In this document: one piece after another, positions 29,137-38,888 of the stretch
How the letters are laid out: every line of letters begins with the position of its first letter
How positions within the stretch are numbered: position 1 is the first letter of the stretch
Source: an uncultured Planctomycetota bacterium
GTDB taxonomy: Bacteria; JAJVIF01; JAPKYR01
Length of the DNA stretch: 64,000 nucleotides
Direction of reading: 5' to 3'
NCBI GenBank assembly: GCA_964354375.1
Contig: CAYGZQ010000007.1
Span: forward strand, 29,230 to 93,229
Program-made: the position numbers and the translations under genes
Notes under the pieces: generated by a model
The model's database searches: none
What the model saw: the letters and a program-made list of their open reading frames with translations, nothing else
What the model was told of the DNA's origin: nothing

Positions 29137-29751
29137 GTGCTAAACCTGGAAGCTCAGCCGAACCAGTCCGTTTTCAGCTCCGTCGTTCGATCGCCGCGCC
29201 TGATCCTTCGACCATACTCCGAAGTGCGCGATCTCGAAGATATCGCCTCGATGCTCGCCGATCCTCGAAACGCGGACGCCATCGGGGTATCACCCGGTGC
29301 ATTTTCAGTCGAGAGAGTTCGACAATCCAAGCGGGCTCGCGCAGACTCAGGTGTCGCCGGAGACTGGACCGTCTTTTTTCCCGCAAACGATGCGGAGCGT
29401 TTCGTCGGGGAAGCGAGAATCGCTGACTGGGACTCACTGAATCACATCAGGGAAATCTTCGCCTCGATCCACCCAGCGTATGGCGGCAAGGGCTTAGGAG
29501 TCGAGGCCGTCTCCGCTCTCATGGAACACATTTTCCGTACGGACCAGATTGCCACGGTCAGGGTCCAGACCCTGGAAAGCAATCTGAAGGCGCTGAGACT
29601 GACGGGGAAGCTCGGTTTCAGGGAATCGGGCAGACGAATCGTGCTTCCCGATCCCGTCCGCGGATTCAAGGGCGGGACGGCTGTCTTCCTCGAGTGCAGA
29701 TCCCACCAATTCAGACTTCCAACCGAAGGCACAGAAAAAACCCGGCTTTGA
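29137..29751 (+). CDS. GNAT-family N-acetyltransferase (RimL/RimJ-like).
   Basis: RLILRPYSEVRDLEDIASML, ...SIHPAYGGKGLGVEAVSALMEHIF... and LESNLKALRLTGKLGFRESG fit the Acetyltransf_3 pattern. Confidence 0.7.
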   Translation: MLNLEAQPNQSVFSSVVRSPRLILRPYSEVRDLEDIASMLADPRNADAIGVSPGAFSVERVRQSKRARADSGVAGDWTVFFPANDAERFVGEARIADWDSLNHIREIFASIHPAYGGKGLGVEAVSALMEHIFRTDQIATVRVQTLESNLKALRLTGKLGFRESGRRIVLPDPVRGFKGGTAVFLECRSHQFRLPTEGTEKTRL

Positions 29752-29762
29752 AACCGGGTTAC
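29738..29762. terminator. Bidirectional rho-independent terminator-like hairpin overlapping the GNAT stop codon.
   Basis: aaaaaacccgg-ctttgaa-accgggtt with flanking A/T runs, between convergent genes. Confidence 0.5.
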
Positions 29763-29805
29763 GTTGAACTCTTTATTGAATCGGCAGTCCAAGGATCTCA
29801 ACGCA

Positions 29806-30693
29806 TCATCTGAATTTCGCCAGCATGATCAGCAGGTCGTTGGATCCCGCATTACCCTCGCCCGCGACCTTGCCGGCTATCGAGTCGGCCGCCTCCTTGC
29901 TGGCCGTGTCCTCGCCGAGCAGGAACTGCGCCAGGCTCTTGGCGGCGATCAGGTCGACCTCATTGATGTCATCGTGGATCTGGCTCGAATCGTAGTAGCC
30001 GGGCTCCGCGATGACCTTGTTCAACAGGTCGAGCGCCGTCTGCGCATCGCCCTTGCCCAGCGCGATCCCCGCAAGCCCCACGCAGGCGTCATAGTTGTTA
30101 TACCCGCCGAAGAGGCTCTGGTCGAAATGGACCTTTCCTTCCTGATGATTGCCCTTGCCTCTCGAGAAGCACCATCCGAGCCCGTTCTCAGCCGACAGAA
30201 CGCCCTGCGTGAGAAGCGTGTTCTGGTTTTCCTCGCCCTCGATGTATCGCATGTAGGGCAGCCAGACCTGTCCCGACCTGGCATCGTTCGCCTGTGTGTT
30301 GAACACGCGGATGGCCGAATCATAGTCACCGCTCTGGTACTCGATCCAGGCGACCATGTTCTGAGCATTCAGGAGAGTGAACGTTCCGAGCTGTCTCGAG
30401 CCGTGGATGACCTCCACCTGCTCATCGAGCCTGTAACGGTAGCCTGCCGCGGGGTTCGCGAACGAGATTCGCATCGTGTAGTCGCCGGTCGGAGCATGGA
30501 TGATGAAATTGCCCCACCGGTCGGGATAGTTGACCGCCGGGTTCCCCGTAAGCGTCACCATCACAGCCTCGCCGCCGAGCGGATTGCCGAAACCGTCCAC
30601 CACCCGACCCATCAGCGTGCCGCTCGATCCCCCCTCGCACGCGACAAGCCCGAGAAGCATGGCTATGAGTCCTGCAAAGGCTATGTTTCGCAT
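29806..30693 (-). CDS. Lipoprotein with a carboxypeptidase-regulatory-like (CarbopepD_reg) beta-sandwich and a TPR-like helical C-terminus.
   Basis: The ATG at 30693 has an AAGGA RBS and the lipobox is LVAC. GRVVDGFGNPLGGEAVMVTLTG is typical of CarbopepD_reg. The longer ORF to 30738 would overlap the upstream gene. Confidence 0.6.
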   Translation of the reverse strand: MRNIAFAGLIAMLLGLVACEGGSSGTLMGRVVDGFGNPLGGEAVMVTLTGNPAVNYPDRWGNFIIHAPTGDYTMRISFANPAAGYRYRLDEQVEVIHGSRQLGTFTLLNAQNMVAWIEYQSGDYDSAIRVFNTQANDARSGQVWLPYMRYIEGEENQNTLLTQGVLSAENGLGWCFSRGKGNHQEGKVHFDQSLFGGYNNYDACVGLAGIALGKGDAQTALDLLNKVIAEPGYYDSSQIHDDINEVDLIAAKSLAQFLLGEDTASKEAADSIAGKVAGEGNAGSNDLLIMLAKFR

Positions 30694-30734
30694 ATTCCAG
30701 TCCTTTCGATTACGAGTCGAATATCTCCCGAGCT

Positions 30735-32384
30735 TCACTTGACGCCCCCGGCGCCATCCGCCAGCACGTAGAGAGCGGTGACGGGGGCAACCGGCGCGCC
30801 GCCCGACATCCCCATCACAGTCACGCTCACATTGCCCATCGCCCCGGGCGTGAATCGACCCATATAGAAACCGGGGCGGCCCTCGACTTCCTCGAATACT
30901 ATCGTCCCGTTAAGCGATGAATCTCGCATCGACCACGTCGCAGTCGGGGGGCTATCGAGGGGCACGAACGACTTGACCATCACGAGGACCTCGCCCGCGA
31001 ATATCGGGCTTGCCGTCACTCCCACCTGGAGATAGGAATTCGCAGATGTGCCGGATTGACTGAGCGCGCCGGCAGCGTTCAATATGCCGTACCCGTAGAA
31101 ATCGTTTACGCCATTGTCGTTTTCATCCGGACCCGCCATCGGTATCGCAGTTAACTCGATTCTCGCTCGCACATCGTCCGGGGTCAAATAGGGATAATGA
31201 CTGAGAATGAGCGCAGCCACGCCGGTAACCATCGGTGTGGCGAAACTGGTGCCGCTCGCAAGTCCGTACGGGGGACCTTCGCCGGTGTACAGATAGACTT
31301 CTCCCTCGGGCACGGTCGTCACAATATCCACACCCGGAGCCATAATGCTCAGAATATCCTCACCGTAGTTTGAGAACACGGCTTTCAGGCCGTTGTTGGC
31401 GACAGCCCCGACCCCGATGACCTCCGGAAGGGCGGCCGGATAGTAAAGGCTTTGACGGTCGATGGCAGGATCCCCGGTTTTCTTGTAGTACTGACCGGGA
31501 TTCGCGTTGCCCGCTGCGGCCACGATCACAATGCCCGCGTCGTGGGCGTCGGTCACCGCCTCCTCCTCGATACTCATAGTACCCACTCCGCCGATTGAGA
31601 GGTTGATGACATCGCAGCCCGCCACTCGGGCCTCGTCGATCCCCTCGACCTCATCGAAAATATCGCAGTCCAGAAGCGGGCCCCCACAAGCCCGGATCGG
31701 AAGCATCCTGATGTTCCAGTTTACCCCGGCGACCCCCACACCGTTGTTCCCGACCCCGCCGATAACTCCGCACACGGCAGTGCCGTGACCGCTGTCGTCC
31801 TTCACAATGTCGGGCCATTCGGGTCCTTCCCTGACATTGATGCCGGGAAGAACCAGGTTGGGGATGAGATCGGGATGCGTGGTGTCGACACCGGTATCGA
31901 TCACACCCACGAGAACACTCGCCGACCCAGTCTCGACATCCCACGCTCCGGGCACCTGCGCGACCAGCAGCTCTTCCTTCTGCAGCGAGTAGTACGGATC
32001 GTTGGGGACCCGCGATGCGCTCCGGCGATAGTTCGGATAAACCTCGGCGATGTTTGAAAAACCTCTCAGGCGCGTGATGGCCTCGAAAGGCGTGCTCCCG
32101 TCGGTGATCTTGTACCTCGCCACCGGACGGCTCGACATCGCTTTGTCGAAAACGACGCCGGGAAGGATATCCGCCGACTGCGCCACTCTGGCATCGGCGT
32201 ACGTTTTGAACTCGACTATGACTTCATCGGTGACCATCCCGTTGATGGAGTAGAGAACGGGAAGGTCCGCGTCGACAGGCACGTTTGGCGTCACCGCCTC
32301 CAGCGCCCCTGCCCCGGTCCCGATCATCGTCAGGCCCAGTGCAGCCGCCACAATCGCGAACAAAAGATGGGGACGTAATGTCAT
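30735..32384 (-). CDS. Secreted subtilisin-like serine protease (peptidase S8) with a C-terminal beta-rich extension.
   Basis: The catalytic triad contexts are VIDTGVDTTHPDL (Asp), HGTAVCGVIGG (His) and GTSFATPMVTGVAALI (Ser). The signal peptide is MTLRPHLLFAIVAAALG. The ATG at 32384 has a GAGGTG RBS. Confidence 0.85.
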   Translation of the reverse strand: MTLRPHLLFAIVAAALGLTMIGTGAGALEAVTPNVPVDADLPVLYSINGMVTDEVIVEFKTYADARVAQSADILPGVVFDKAMSSRPVARYKITDGSTPFEAITRLRGFSNIAEVYPNYRRSASRVPNDPYYSLQKEELLVAQVPGAWDVETGSASVLVGVIDTGVDTTHPDLIPNLVLPGINVREGPEWPDIVKDDSGHGTAVCGVIGGVGNNGVGVAGVNWNIRMLPIRACGGPLLDCDIFDEVEGIDEARVAGCDVINLSIGGVGTMSIEEEAVTDAHDAGIVIVAAAGNANPGQYYKKTGDPAIDRQSLYYPAALPEVIGVGAVANNGLKAVFSNYGEDILSIMAPGVDIVTTVPEGEVYLYTGEGPPYGLASGTSFATPMVTGVAALILSHYPYLTPDDVRARIELTAIPMAGPDENDNGVNDFYGYGILNAAGALSQSGTSANSYLQVGVTASPIFAGEVLVMVKSFVPLDSPPTATWSMRDSSLNGTIVFEEVEGRPGFYMGRFTPGAMGNVSVTVMGMSGGAPVAPVTALYVLADGAGGVK

Positions 32385-32595
32385 GTATGCCCACCTCAAA
32401 GGTGATAGTTCCGTCGAACATAGAATAGACTACAGAAACTGGCCAAATCTAACACCAAGACTACTACACGGGAAAACTTAACTCAAGTGTCCGCGCGCCC
32501 GTATGATTAATGTTCCACCTTACGACCCAAAAATGAACCTCTGGGATCAAAGCAAGGGGGCCGTTGAAAAAGTCTGAAATGGTGACTTTCCGCAC

Positions 32596-32664
32596 GTGGG
32601 GCAGGCTTTCCAGCCTGCCATTCAATCTGGATTCAGAGGCGACAGGCTGGAAAGCCTGCCCCAC
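32596..32664. repeat. 24-bp inverted repeat with one mismatch and a 21-nt spacer, in the divergent intergenic region.
   Basis: Arm 1 is gtggggcaggctttccagcctgcc. Arm 2 is gacaggctggaaagcctgccccac. Confidence 0.7.
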
Positions 32665-32774
32665 AAAGACGCATTTTCAACAGCCCCAACGAGGAGAGGC
32701 ACCCACATCCCGATTTCGCCCGAAAGCTGGTCACCGGATAAGGAGGGGACCACCCGCCGCGGCGGGCGAAATCA

Positions 32775-33890
32775 GTGTCCCGGTCCCCCTCGCGACCGTG
32801 GTACAATCCCCCCGTGACTTCGGACAAGGCAGAGAAACCGGGGATACCGATCGCAGTTATCTCGGACGGCAAACCTGGCCACGAGAATCAGAGCCTCGGA
32901 ACGGCTGAACGGGTCCCGAACAGCAATGTTATCCTCCTGAGGCACAAGCTCAGGGAAGGACTCAAGGAAGGCCTTCTGCGCGCGCAGGTGCGTCTGTCCG
33001 GCGGCAGAATCGCGCACCCCCGCGCATTGCTCAGATACGCTTTTCAGGAGAGCGAGATCGATCGTCTGGCTGCGCACTCGCCCAGGGCCGTCATCGCCGC
33101 GGGAACTCCATCCGCTTCCCTCTGTATCCTCGCGGGCCGACTCACCGGCGCGAAAACCTGCGTCTGCATGAGACCCAGCATGCTGCCACTTGGGATGTTC
33201 GACCTCGCGATAGTCCCGGCGCATGACAATCCGCCGGACGAACCGAACATTCTCCGGACCCTGGCCGCCCCGAACCGGGTTTCGCCTGAGAACCTTGCCA
33301 AGGAGGCCGACAGATGGTGGGATGAGCTGCCTGCAGGCGACCGGATCGTTTCCTGGACCATCGGAGGGCCCTCCGCGAGCGCGAGATTCGACGAAACCCA
33401 TGTTCTGGGCGGATTATTGGAGACGCTGGTATGGGCCAGGCAGCACGGATGGCAGGTGTGGCTGTCCACTGCGCGACGCACGCCGGTGTCGCTGGAAGAG
33501 GGTATCGCGAAAATCGCCAGGGGATATCCGGCGCTCACATGGATGCTTCTGTGGCATCGCGACCAGAGAAATCCCCTATATGCAATGTTTGCACGATCGC
33601 GCCTCGCGATTGTCACGTCCGACTCGGTCAGCATGATCGCTGAGGCCGCAAGCGCGGGCAAGGGTCCGCTCGTCTACCAGGCGAGCGCGGCCACCGACCC
33701 GTCCGCGAAACCCTCCAAACATGATCGAATGCTGGAAAACCTTATAGAAGCGGGCTACGGCGCCCAGGCTTCGACCTCAAGCGATCTCCTCGAAAAGATG
33801 CAGAGTCTGATTATGAGCAAAGAAGAGTTCCCCGGTCTAAACGATACCGACAAAGCCGCCCAGAGGCTCTTCGAATTATTGCGGGACTAG
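32775..33890 (+). CDS. ELM1/DUF1022-family protein (mitochondrial-fission ELM1-like, putative glycosyltransferase-fold).
   Basis: IAVISDGKPGHENQSLG, and a C-terminal SDSVSMIAEAASAGKGP pattern typical of the ELM1/GtrOC family. The start may be the GTG at 32814. Confidence 0.5.
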   Translation: MSRSPSRPWYNPPVTSDKAEKPGIPIAVISDGKPGHENQSLGTAERVPNSNVILLRHKLREGLKEGLLRAQVRLSGGRIAHPRALLRYAFQESEIDRLAAHSPRAVIAAGTPSASLCILAGRLTGAKTCVCMRPSMLPLGMFDLAIVPAHDNPPDEPNILRTLAAPNRVSPENLAKEADRWWDELPAGDRIVSWTIGGPSASARFDETHVLGGLLETLVWARQHGWQVWLSTARRTPVSLEEGIAKIARGYPALTWMLLWHRDQRNPLYAMFARSRLAIVTSDSVSMIAEAASAGKGPLVYQASAATDPSAKPSKHDRMLENLIEAGYGAQASTSSDLLEKMQSLIMSKEEFPGLNDTDKAAQRLFELLRD

Positions 33891-34922
33891 TCAGCGGACA
33901 GGGAGAGACCCGTCAATCGATGCGGGCGGGCGACCTTCGCCGAACTCAAGGAGTATGCGGGCGACCTCCTCGGGATCGTCACATCTCACGATCCGGTTTC
34001 TGACAAGCGACGCCTGCGCGAACCCCCTAAGATATCGGACCACGTGTTTTCTGAACTCCAGAATCCCCCTCTTGTCATGAAACTGCGCCAAGAGCCGCCT
34101 TTGGTGTTCCAGCATCACCTCGACCAATTCCGACCTGGTCCTTTTCGGTCGGCCAGCGCCTTCAGTCATGAATCTCTCACAGTCGCCCACAAGCCAGGGG
34201 TCGCCCATCATCGCTCGCCCGATCATCACGCCCGCGCAGCCCGTTGTATCGAACATACGCTTTGCATCATCGGGTGTGCCGATGCCTCCGTTGCCGATAA
34301 CAGGGATGGAAAGGTCACTCACAAGCCCCGCGATTGCCTCCCAGTCCGGCTCTCCGCCGAATCCCATCTTTGCAGTCCGACAATGAAGCGTAACCCAGGC
34401 GCAGCCGAGGTCCTGCGCGCGTCTGCAGGCCTCGATCCCCGATCGATCATCCGGGCTCGTGTAATACCCGATCCGTGTCTTCAGGCTGACCGGTATTTTC
34501 ACCGCCCCCAGGATCGCTTTCAGATTTGCCGACAGGAGATCGAGGTCCCTGAGAAGGGCGCTGCCGCCCCCGCCCTTGTGAACCTTCCGCACACTGCATC
34601 CGCAGTTGAAGTCGATTGTGCTCGCGCCGGCATCCTCAAGGATTTTCGCCGCTGTCGCGCAGATGTCGGGAACGCTTCCGAAAATCTGCACGTGGCATCT
34701 CTCTTTCGCCACGTCCCTGACAAAGGCGTCCCTGTCGGGCGATTTCCTTGAGGCGACAGCATGTGTGGAGACGAAGGGGACCCAGACATGACGCGCACCG
34801 CGTTCTCGAAGAATCGGTCGATAGGCGGCGTCCGTCCATCCCGCAAGCGGCGCTGCGCATACGGGCTTCTCGGCCGGATCGAGAAGTCGTTCCAGGAGAT
34901 CATCGTCCCGCTTGTCTGCCAC
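33891..34922 (-). CDS. dusB: tRNA-dihydrouridine synthase.
   Basis: The TIM-barrel Dus motifs are present: DFNCGCSVRKV, the HCR motif (TLHCRT) and IGNGGIGTPDDAKRM. Confidence 0.85.
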   Translation of the reverse strand: MADKRDDDLLERLLDPAEKPVCAAPLAGWTDAAYRPILRERGARHVWVPFVSTHAVASRKSPDRDAFVRDVAKERCHVQIFGSVPDICATAAKILEDAGASTIDFNCGCSVRKVHKGGGGSALLRDLDLLSANLKAILGAVKIPVSLKTRIGYYTSPDDRSGIEACRRAQDLGCAWVTLHCRTAKMGFGGEPDWEAIAGLVSDLSIPVIGNGGIGTPDDAKRMFDTTGCAGVMIGRAMMGDPWLVGDCERFMTEGAGRPKRTRSELVEVMLEHQRRLLAQFHDKRGILEFRKHVVRYLRGFAQASLVRNRIVRCDDPEEVARILLEFGEGRPPASIDGSLPVR

Positions 34923-34990
34923 CGGGGCAATTGTAGCATGCGCCTCCGGCGCATGGTTCTTGGGGATCCAGGCGGCACCGCTGATGCGCC

Positions 34991-35776
34991 TTACCTGCTC
35001 CGATTCAAATTGTGGATTATCTTCAACCCTTTCAGAGTGAGGTCGGGATCGACATGCTGGATTACATCGGTCGCGTCCGCGACAAGCTCCACCATTCCGC
35101 CGGTACCGATAACGGTCGCGTCATCGCCCAGCTCCCTTCGGAACCTGGACACCATCCCCTCCACTACGGACGCGTAACCGTTTATCGCCCCCGACATGAG
35201 GCTCTCCTCCGTGGCATGACCTATCGCGCTCACCGGCGGACGGAAATCGATCATAGACAAGAGTGCCGCTTTATCCGCGAGCGCTGCGAACGATGTCCGC
35301 ATGCCGGGGAAAATGGCGCCTCCGATGTATTCCTTGTTTCGGGTAATGGCGCAGAATGTCACGGCCGTGCCGAAATCGATAATGATCAGAGGAGGTGTGT
35401 ATAAATGAATTCCCGCGACCGCGTTGACGATCCTGTCCGCGCCCACCTTCCTCGGATCGTCGTACTTGACCGCAAGCTCGGTGCGTATCCCGGGTCCGAC
35501 AATAAGAGGGTCGATGTCAAAATAGGTCTTGCCCACCGAGCGGAAAGTGCTTGTCAGAGAAGGCACCACCGACGAAAGCACGATTCCGTCGATATGATGA
35601 AATGCGTCGCCTTTGTCCGACTCGGTTCTGAGGGTGAGGATATTCGCCAGGAGCGCTCCGTACTCGTCGGCCGTTTTCTGAGGATCGGTGGCGATTCGGG
35701 CCTTTGCGGCGATCCTGTCTCCGTCAAAGACCCCGCAGACAATATTCGTGTTCCCTATGTCGATCGCGAGCAACAT
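34991..35776 (-). CDS. coaX: Type III pantothenate kinase.
   Basis: The N-terminus LLAIDIGNTNIVCGVF and the ASKHA-fold motifs IIIDFGTAVTF and GTGGM are present. Confidence 0.85.
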   Translation of the reverse strand: MLLAIDIGNTNIVCGVFDGDRIAAKARIATDPQKTADEYGALLANILTLRTESDKGDAFHHIDGIVLSSVVPSLTSTFRSVGKTYFDIDPLIVGPGIRTELAVKYDDPRKVGADRIVNAVAGIHLYTPPLIIIDFGTAVTFCAITRNKEYIGGAIFPGMRTSFAALADKAALLSMIDFRPPVSAIGHATEESLMSGAINGYASVVEGMVSRFRRELGDDATVIGTGGMVELVADATDVIQHVDPDLTLKGLKIIHNLNRSR

Positions 35777-35794
35777 ATGCCGGGACCGAAAGCC

Positions 35795-36091
35795 TCACTG
35801 CTCAGCCTGGAGACCGCGATAGTATGCGCGCTCCTTCTCAAGCTTCTCCACGACCGGCTTGATCTTCTCGAACTCGGCCTTGATTTCCTTCAGCTCAGCT
35901 TGCAGCTCCGATATTCGTCCTGAAAACTCGCTGTCGGCACGCTTCAGCACGTCCATGCGGTACTCAAGCGAGCGTATGAGCTTCTCCATGTCCCTTCCGC
36001 CCGTGAGTTCGTCGATCTTCTCGGTCAGTTCCTTGATGTAATCCTCAAGGAACTCGATATGTTCCTGCCGATTTCTGATGTCGGTGGTCAC
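35795..36091 (-). CDS. Small coiled-coil protein, 98 aa, hypothetical.
   Basis: Heptad-rich E/K/L sequence inside the nadC-coaX operon. Confidence 0.45.
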   Translation of the reverse strand: MTTDIRNRQEHIEFLEDYIKELTEKIDELTGGRDMEKLIRSLEYRMDVLKRADSEFSGRISELQAELKEIKAEFEKIKPVVEKLEKERAYYRGLQAEQ

Positions 36092-36190
36092 TTGGTACTT
36101 CCTTTCCGAAACGCATCGCCCGCAGGTGCCTCACTCATCACACGGTCTGAAGGCACAAGCCGGGCTGAATGCTCTCAATATTAATATCGG

Positions 36191-37093
36191 TTAAGACAGG
36201 TGTTTTTCTTTCATCGGGCCCGGCGATCTGAACTCCAGCGACAGGTCGGCGCTGGGGGCGGAATGAGTTATGAGTCCGACCGAGATGATTTTCACTCCGC
36301 TCTCAGCCCAGTCGCGGACGTTCTCGAGGGTGACGCCGCCGGAGGCCTCCACAATCACCGTGTCACCGACGAGCTGGACGGCTTCCCGGCCGTCATCGGG
36401 AGTCATGTTGTCGAGCATGACGATATCCGCCCCGGCCGCAGCCGCCCGCTCGACCTGATCGATGTCGTCAACTTCGACCTCGATCTTCACTGTGTGACCG
36501 CTCTTGCTGCGCAGGAGCGCAATCGCCTGCTCAAGCTCATGGCCGACCAGCACAATGTGATTGTCCTTCAGCATCACGCTGGCGGAAAGATCGAACCGAT
36601 GGTTCGACCCGCCCCCGCACCGCACGGCGTATTTCTCCAGCGCCCGAAGGCCGGGCGTGGTCTTGCGGGTATCGACAATCTTCGCCCTCGTACCGGCGAT
36701 AAGTCTCACAAACGCTGATGTCAAACCGGCAATTCCCGACAGGTGATTGAGCAGGTTCAAAGCAGTCCTTTCGGCATGAAGCAACTTCCTCGCGTCGCCC
36801 GTGACCCGTATCAGGACATCCCCCCGCTGATACGGAGTGCCGTCCGCCACGGCTTTTTCCGCGACCAGGTCGGGATCGGATCTCCTCAGTATCCGGACAA
36901 ATCCGCCCACTCCGCAAGCCACACCGCCTTTGGTCTTGGCGAGCACTTCCGCGGTTACTTTCATCCCGTCCAGGGGAAGATAGTCGCTTGTGACATCGCC
37001 GCGTCCGATATCCTCGGCGAGCCAGCGCTCCATGTCGCTGTCCAGGGTCTCCCACGGAAAATCAGGGATGCCTTCTTCCAGGTTGGGATTCAT
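36191..37093 (-). CDS. nadC: Nicotinate-nucleotide pyrophosphorylase (quinolinate phosphoribosyltransferase).
   Basis: The length and the QPRTase pattern (…GDVTS…, …LLNHLSGIAGLTS…, the MLDNM TIM-barrel C-terminus) fit NadC. Confidence 0.85.
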   Translation of the reverse strand: MNPNLEEGIPDFPWETLDSDMERWLAEDIGRGDVTSDYLPLDGMKVTAEVLAKTKGGVACGVGGFVRILRRSDPDLVAEKAVADGTPYQRGDVLIRVTGDARKLLHAERTALNLLNHLSGIAGLTSAFVRLIAGTRAKIVDTRKTTPGLRALEKYAVRCGGGSNHRFDLSASVMLKDNHIVLVGHELEQAIALLRSKSGHTVKIEVEVDDIDQVERAAAAGADIVMLDNMTPDDGREAVQLVGDTVIVEASGGVTLENVRDWAESGVKIISVGLITHSAPSADLSLEFRSPGPMKEKHLS

Positions 37094-37101
37094 TGTCTTC
37101 C

Positions 37102-37902
37102 TCAGGTGCCGATAATCACCGGCCGGGTGAGCCCGCGCACGGTGGCAAGAATGGAGTAGGCGGCCAGCCGGCTTGTGGCCGGATTTCGCTCGAAAGGCAC
37201 GTTCGAGATGTCCATTATCAGCATTCCGTGGCCGCTTTCAACCTTGATGGTGTGGCGGTTACGATCTCCGAGGGGCTCGGCCCACATCTCGACCCGCGTC
37301 CGGTCCAGCCCGATCGTCGCGTGCGCCAGCGCCGCAGCCACGTTGATACTCCTCGGAAACGCCTTCGCGGCCTCGCGCGCAGTCCCGGAGAAAACGATTG
37401 TCGGCTCAGTCAGCTTGAGAAGGTCCATGCCCTTTTCGCGCACATATTCCGCGTCCGCAAGCGTCTTCGCGGGTTTGGTTGTCATGAGTGTTACGCTCGC
37501 GATGCTCTGGGGCGGAATCGCCTTGAGAGCGTCAAGTCCCGCGATCGCTCCCGACGGCAGTATGAGACGCCCGCCGGTCTTCTCCGCTATCGCCCTGTAC
37601 TCATCCAGATCCCCTAGCCCCCCGATGCTGGCGATGATCGCGATCTTCCCCTTCTGAAGCGCCCATCTCGCCACTGTCCCGGCAACCGCCCCGGAAGCGG
37701 CCTCAACATAAACGTCGGTTTTCGCGGGGAACTTCTCGAGAGGCATCAACAGCGATTCGGAGTAGCCGCTCTCCTTCAGAACCGTCCGACCTCGCTCTAT
37801 GTCGATTTCCGCCAAAGCGACAAGAGTGAACGAGGGATCATCTTTCAGTCCCTTGATCAGAAACTCCCCGATGGTGCCCGCTCCCACGATGCCCACGTTC
37901 AT
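37102..37902 (-). CDS. nadX: L-aspartate dehydrogenase.
   Basis: The Rossmann N-terminus is MNVGIVGAGTIG. The roughly 265-aa DUF108-type fold, and the position between nadA and nadC, fit NadX. Confidence 0.75.
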   Translation of the reverse strand: MNVGIVGAGTIGEFLIKGLKDDPSFTLVALAEIDIERGRTVLKESGYSESLLMPLEKFPAKTDVYVEAASGAVAGTVARWALQKGKIAIIASIGGLGDLDEYRAIAEKTGGRLILPSGAIAGLDALKAIPPQSIASVTLMTTKPAKTLADAEYVREKGMDLLKLTEPTIVFSGTAREAAKAFPRSINVAAALAHATIGLDRTRVEMWAEPLGDRNRHTIKVESGHGMLIMDISNVPFERNPATSRLAAYSILATVRGLTRPVIIGT

Positions 37903-37931
37903 ATTCTTTTGACCCTTCGAGACAGCGTGTC

Positions 37932-38831
37932 CTAGCCCACCAGCATGTGTTCCAGCGACTTCACTGCGCGCCTGGCTATCTCCTCCGGCACGGTCACCTC
38001 GACCGTCTCCGTCTCCAGCGAGTGCAGCAATTTCGCGATAGTCGTCTTCTTCATGTTCGGGCAGATGTTCAGCTCCGACGGCGTGTGAAACTTCTTGCCG
38101 GGGAACTCATTCTGCAGCTTGTGGAGCATGCCCTGCTCGGTGGCGATGATGAACTCGGACGCGTCGCTCTCACGGCAGAATTTCAGCATGCCCGAAGTGC
38201 TCGCGATATGGTCCGACAGCTCGAGCACGTCCGGGTTGCATTCCGGATGAGACACAACGACTGCGTTCGGCCATTTTTCCCTGGCGAGGATGATATCTTC
38301 CTTCAATATTCGGTTATGAGTCGGGCAGAAGCCTTCGTAGATCTCGACATCCTTGCCGGTCTCATGGCGGACGAATTTCCCGAGGTTCTTGTCGGGAAGA
38401 AACACGACCTGCGTTCCTTTCGGAAGCCCGGCCACGACCCTCACTGCGTTCGCGCTGGTGACGCAGAGGTCGACCTCCGCCTTCACGTCGGCGGTGGTGT
38501 TGACATACGCGACAAGAACTGCGCCGGGATACTCCGCCCTGAGCTCCCGGACGGTCTCCGGGTCGATCATCTGGGCCATCGGACAGATCGCCGAATAGTC
38601 CGGCATGATCACTTTCTTCCGGGGCGACAGGATTTTCGCGGTCTCCGCCATGAATCTCACACCGCAGAAAACGATAAGCTGCGCGTCGACCCGGGCCGCG
38701 ATGCGCGACAGTTCCAGCGAATCGCCGACATAATCGGCGACATCCTGGACCTCCGGCGGCTGGTAGTTATGGGCCAGGATAACTGCGTTCTTCTCCCGCT
38801 TCAGCTCATGTATGCGTTCCTGAACCGTCAT
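37932..38831 (-). CDS. nadA: Quinolinate synthase.
   Basis: VILAHNYQ, FCGVRFMAET and the conserved Cys ligands (CPM, CPTH, CPNM) are present. Confidence 0.9.
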   Translation of the reverse strand: MTVQERIHELKREKNAVILAHNYQPPEVQDVADYVGDSLELSRIAARVDAQLIVFCGVRFMAETAKILSPRKKVIMPDYSAICPMAQMIDPETVRELRAEYPGAVLVAYVNTTADVKAEVDLCVTSANAVRVVAGLPKGTQVVFLPDKNLGKFVRHETGKDVEIYEGFCPTHNRILKEDIILAREKWPNAVVVSHPECNPDVLELSDHIASTSGMLKFCRESDASEFIIATEQGMLHKLQNEFPGKKFHTPSELNICPNMKKTTIAKLLHSLETETVEVTVPEEIARRAVKSLEHMLVG

Positions 38832-38888
38832 TGCTGCTCCCTTGTCAATCTCTCGTTCATTCAGGCGAGCGATAAAGCGCCGACGACA

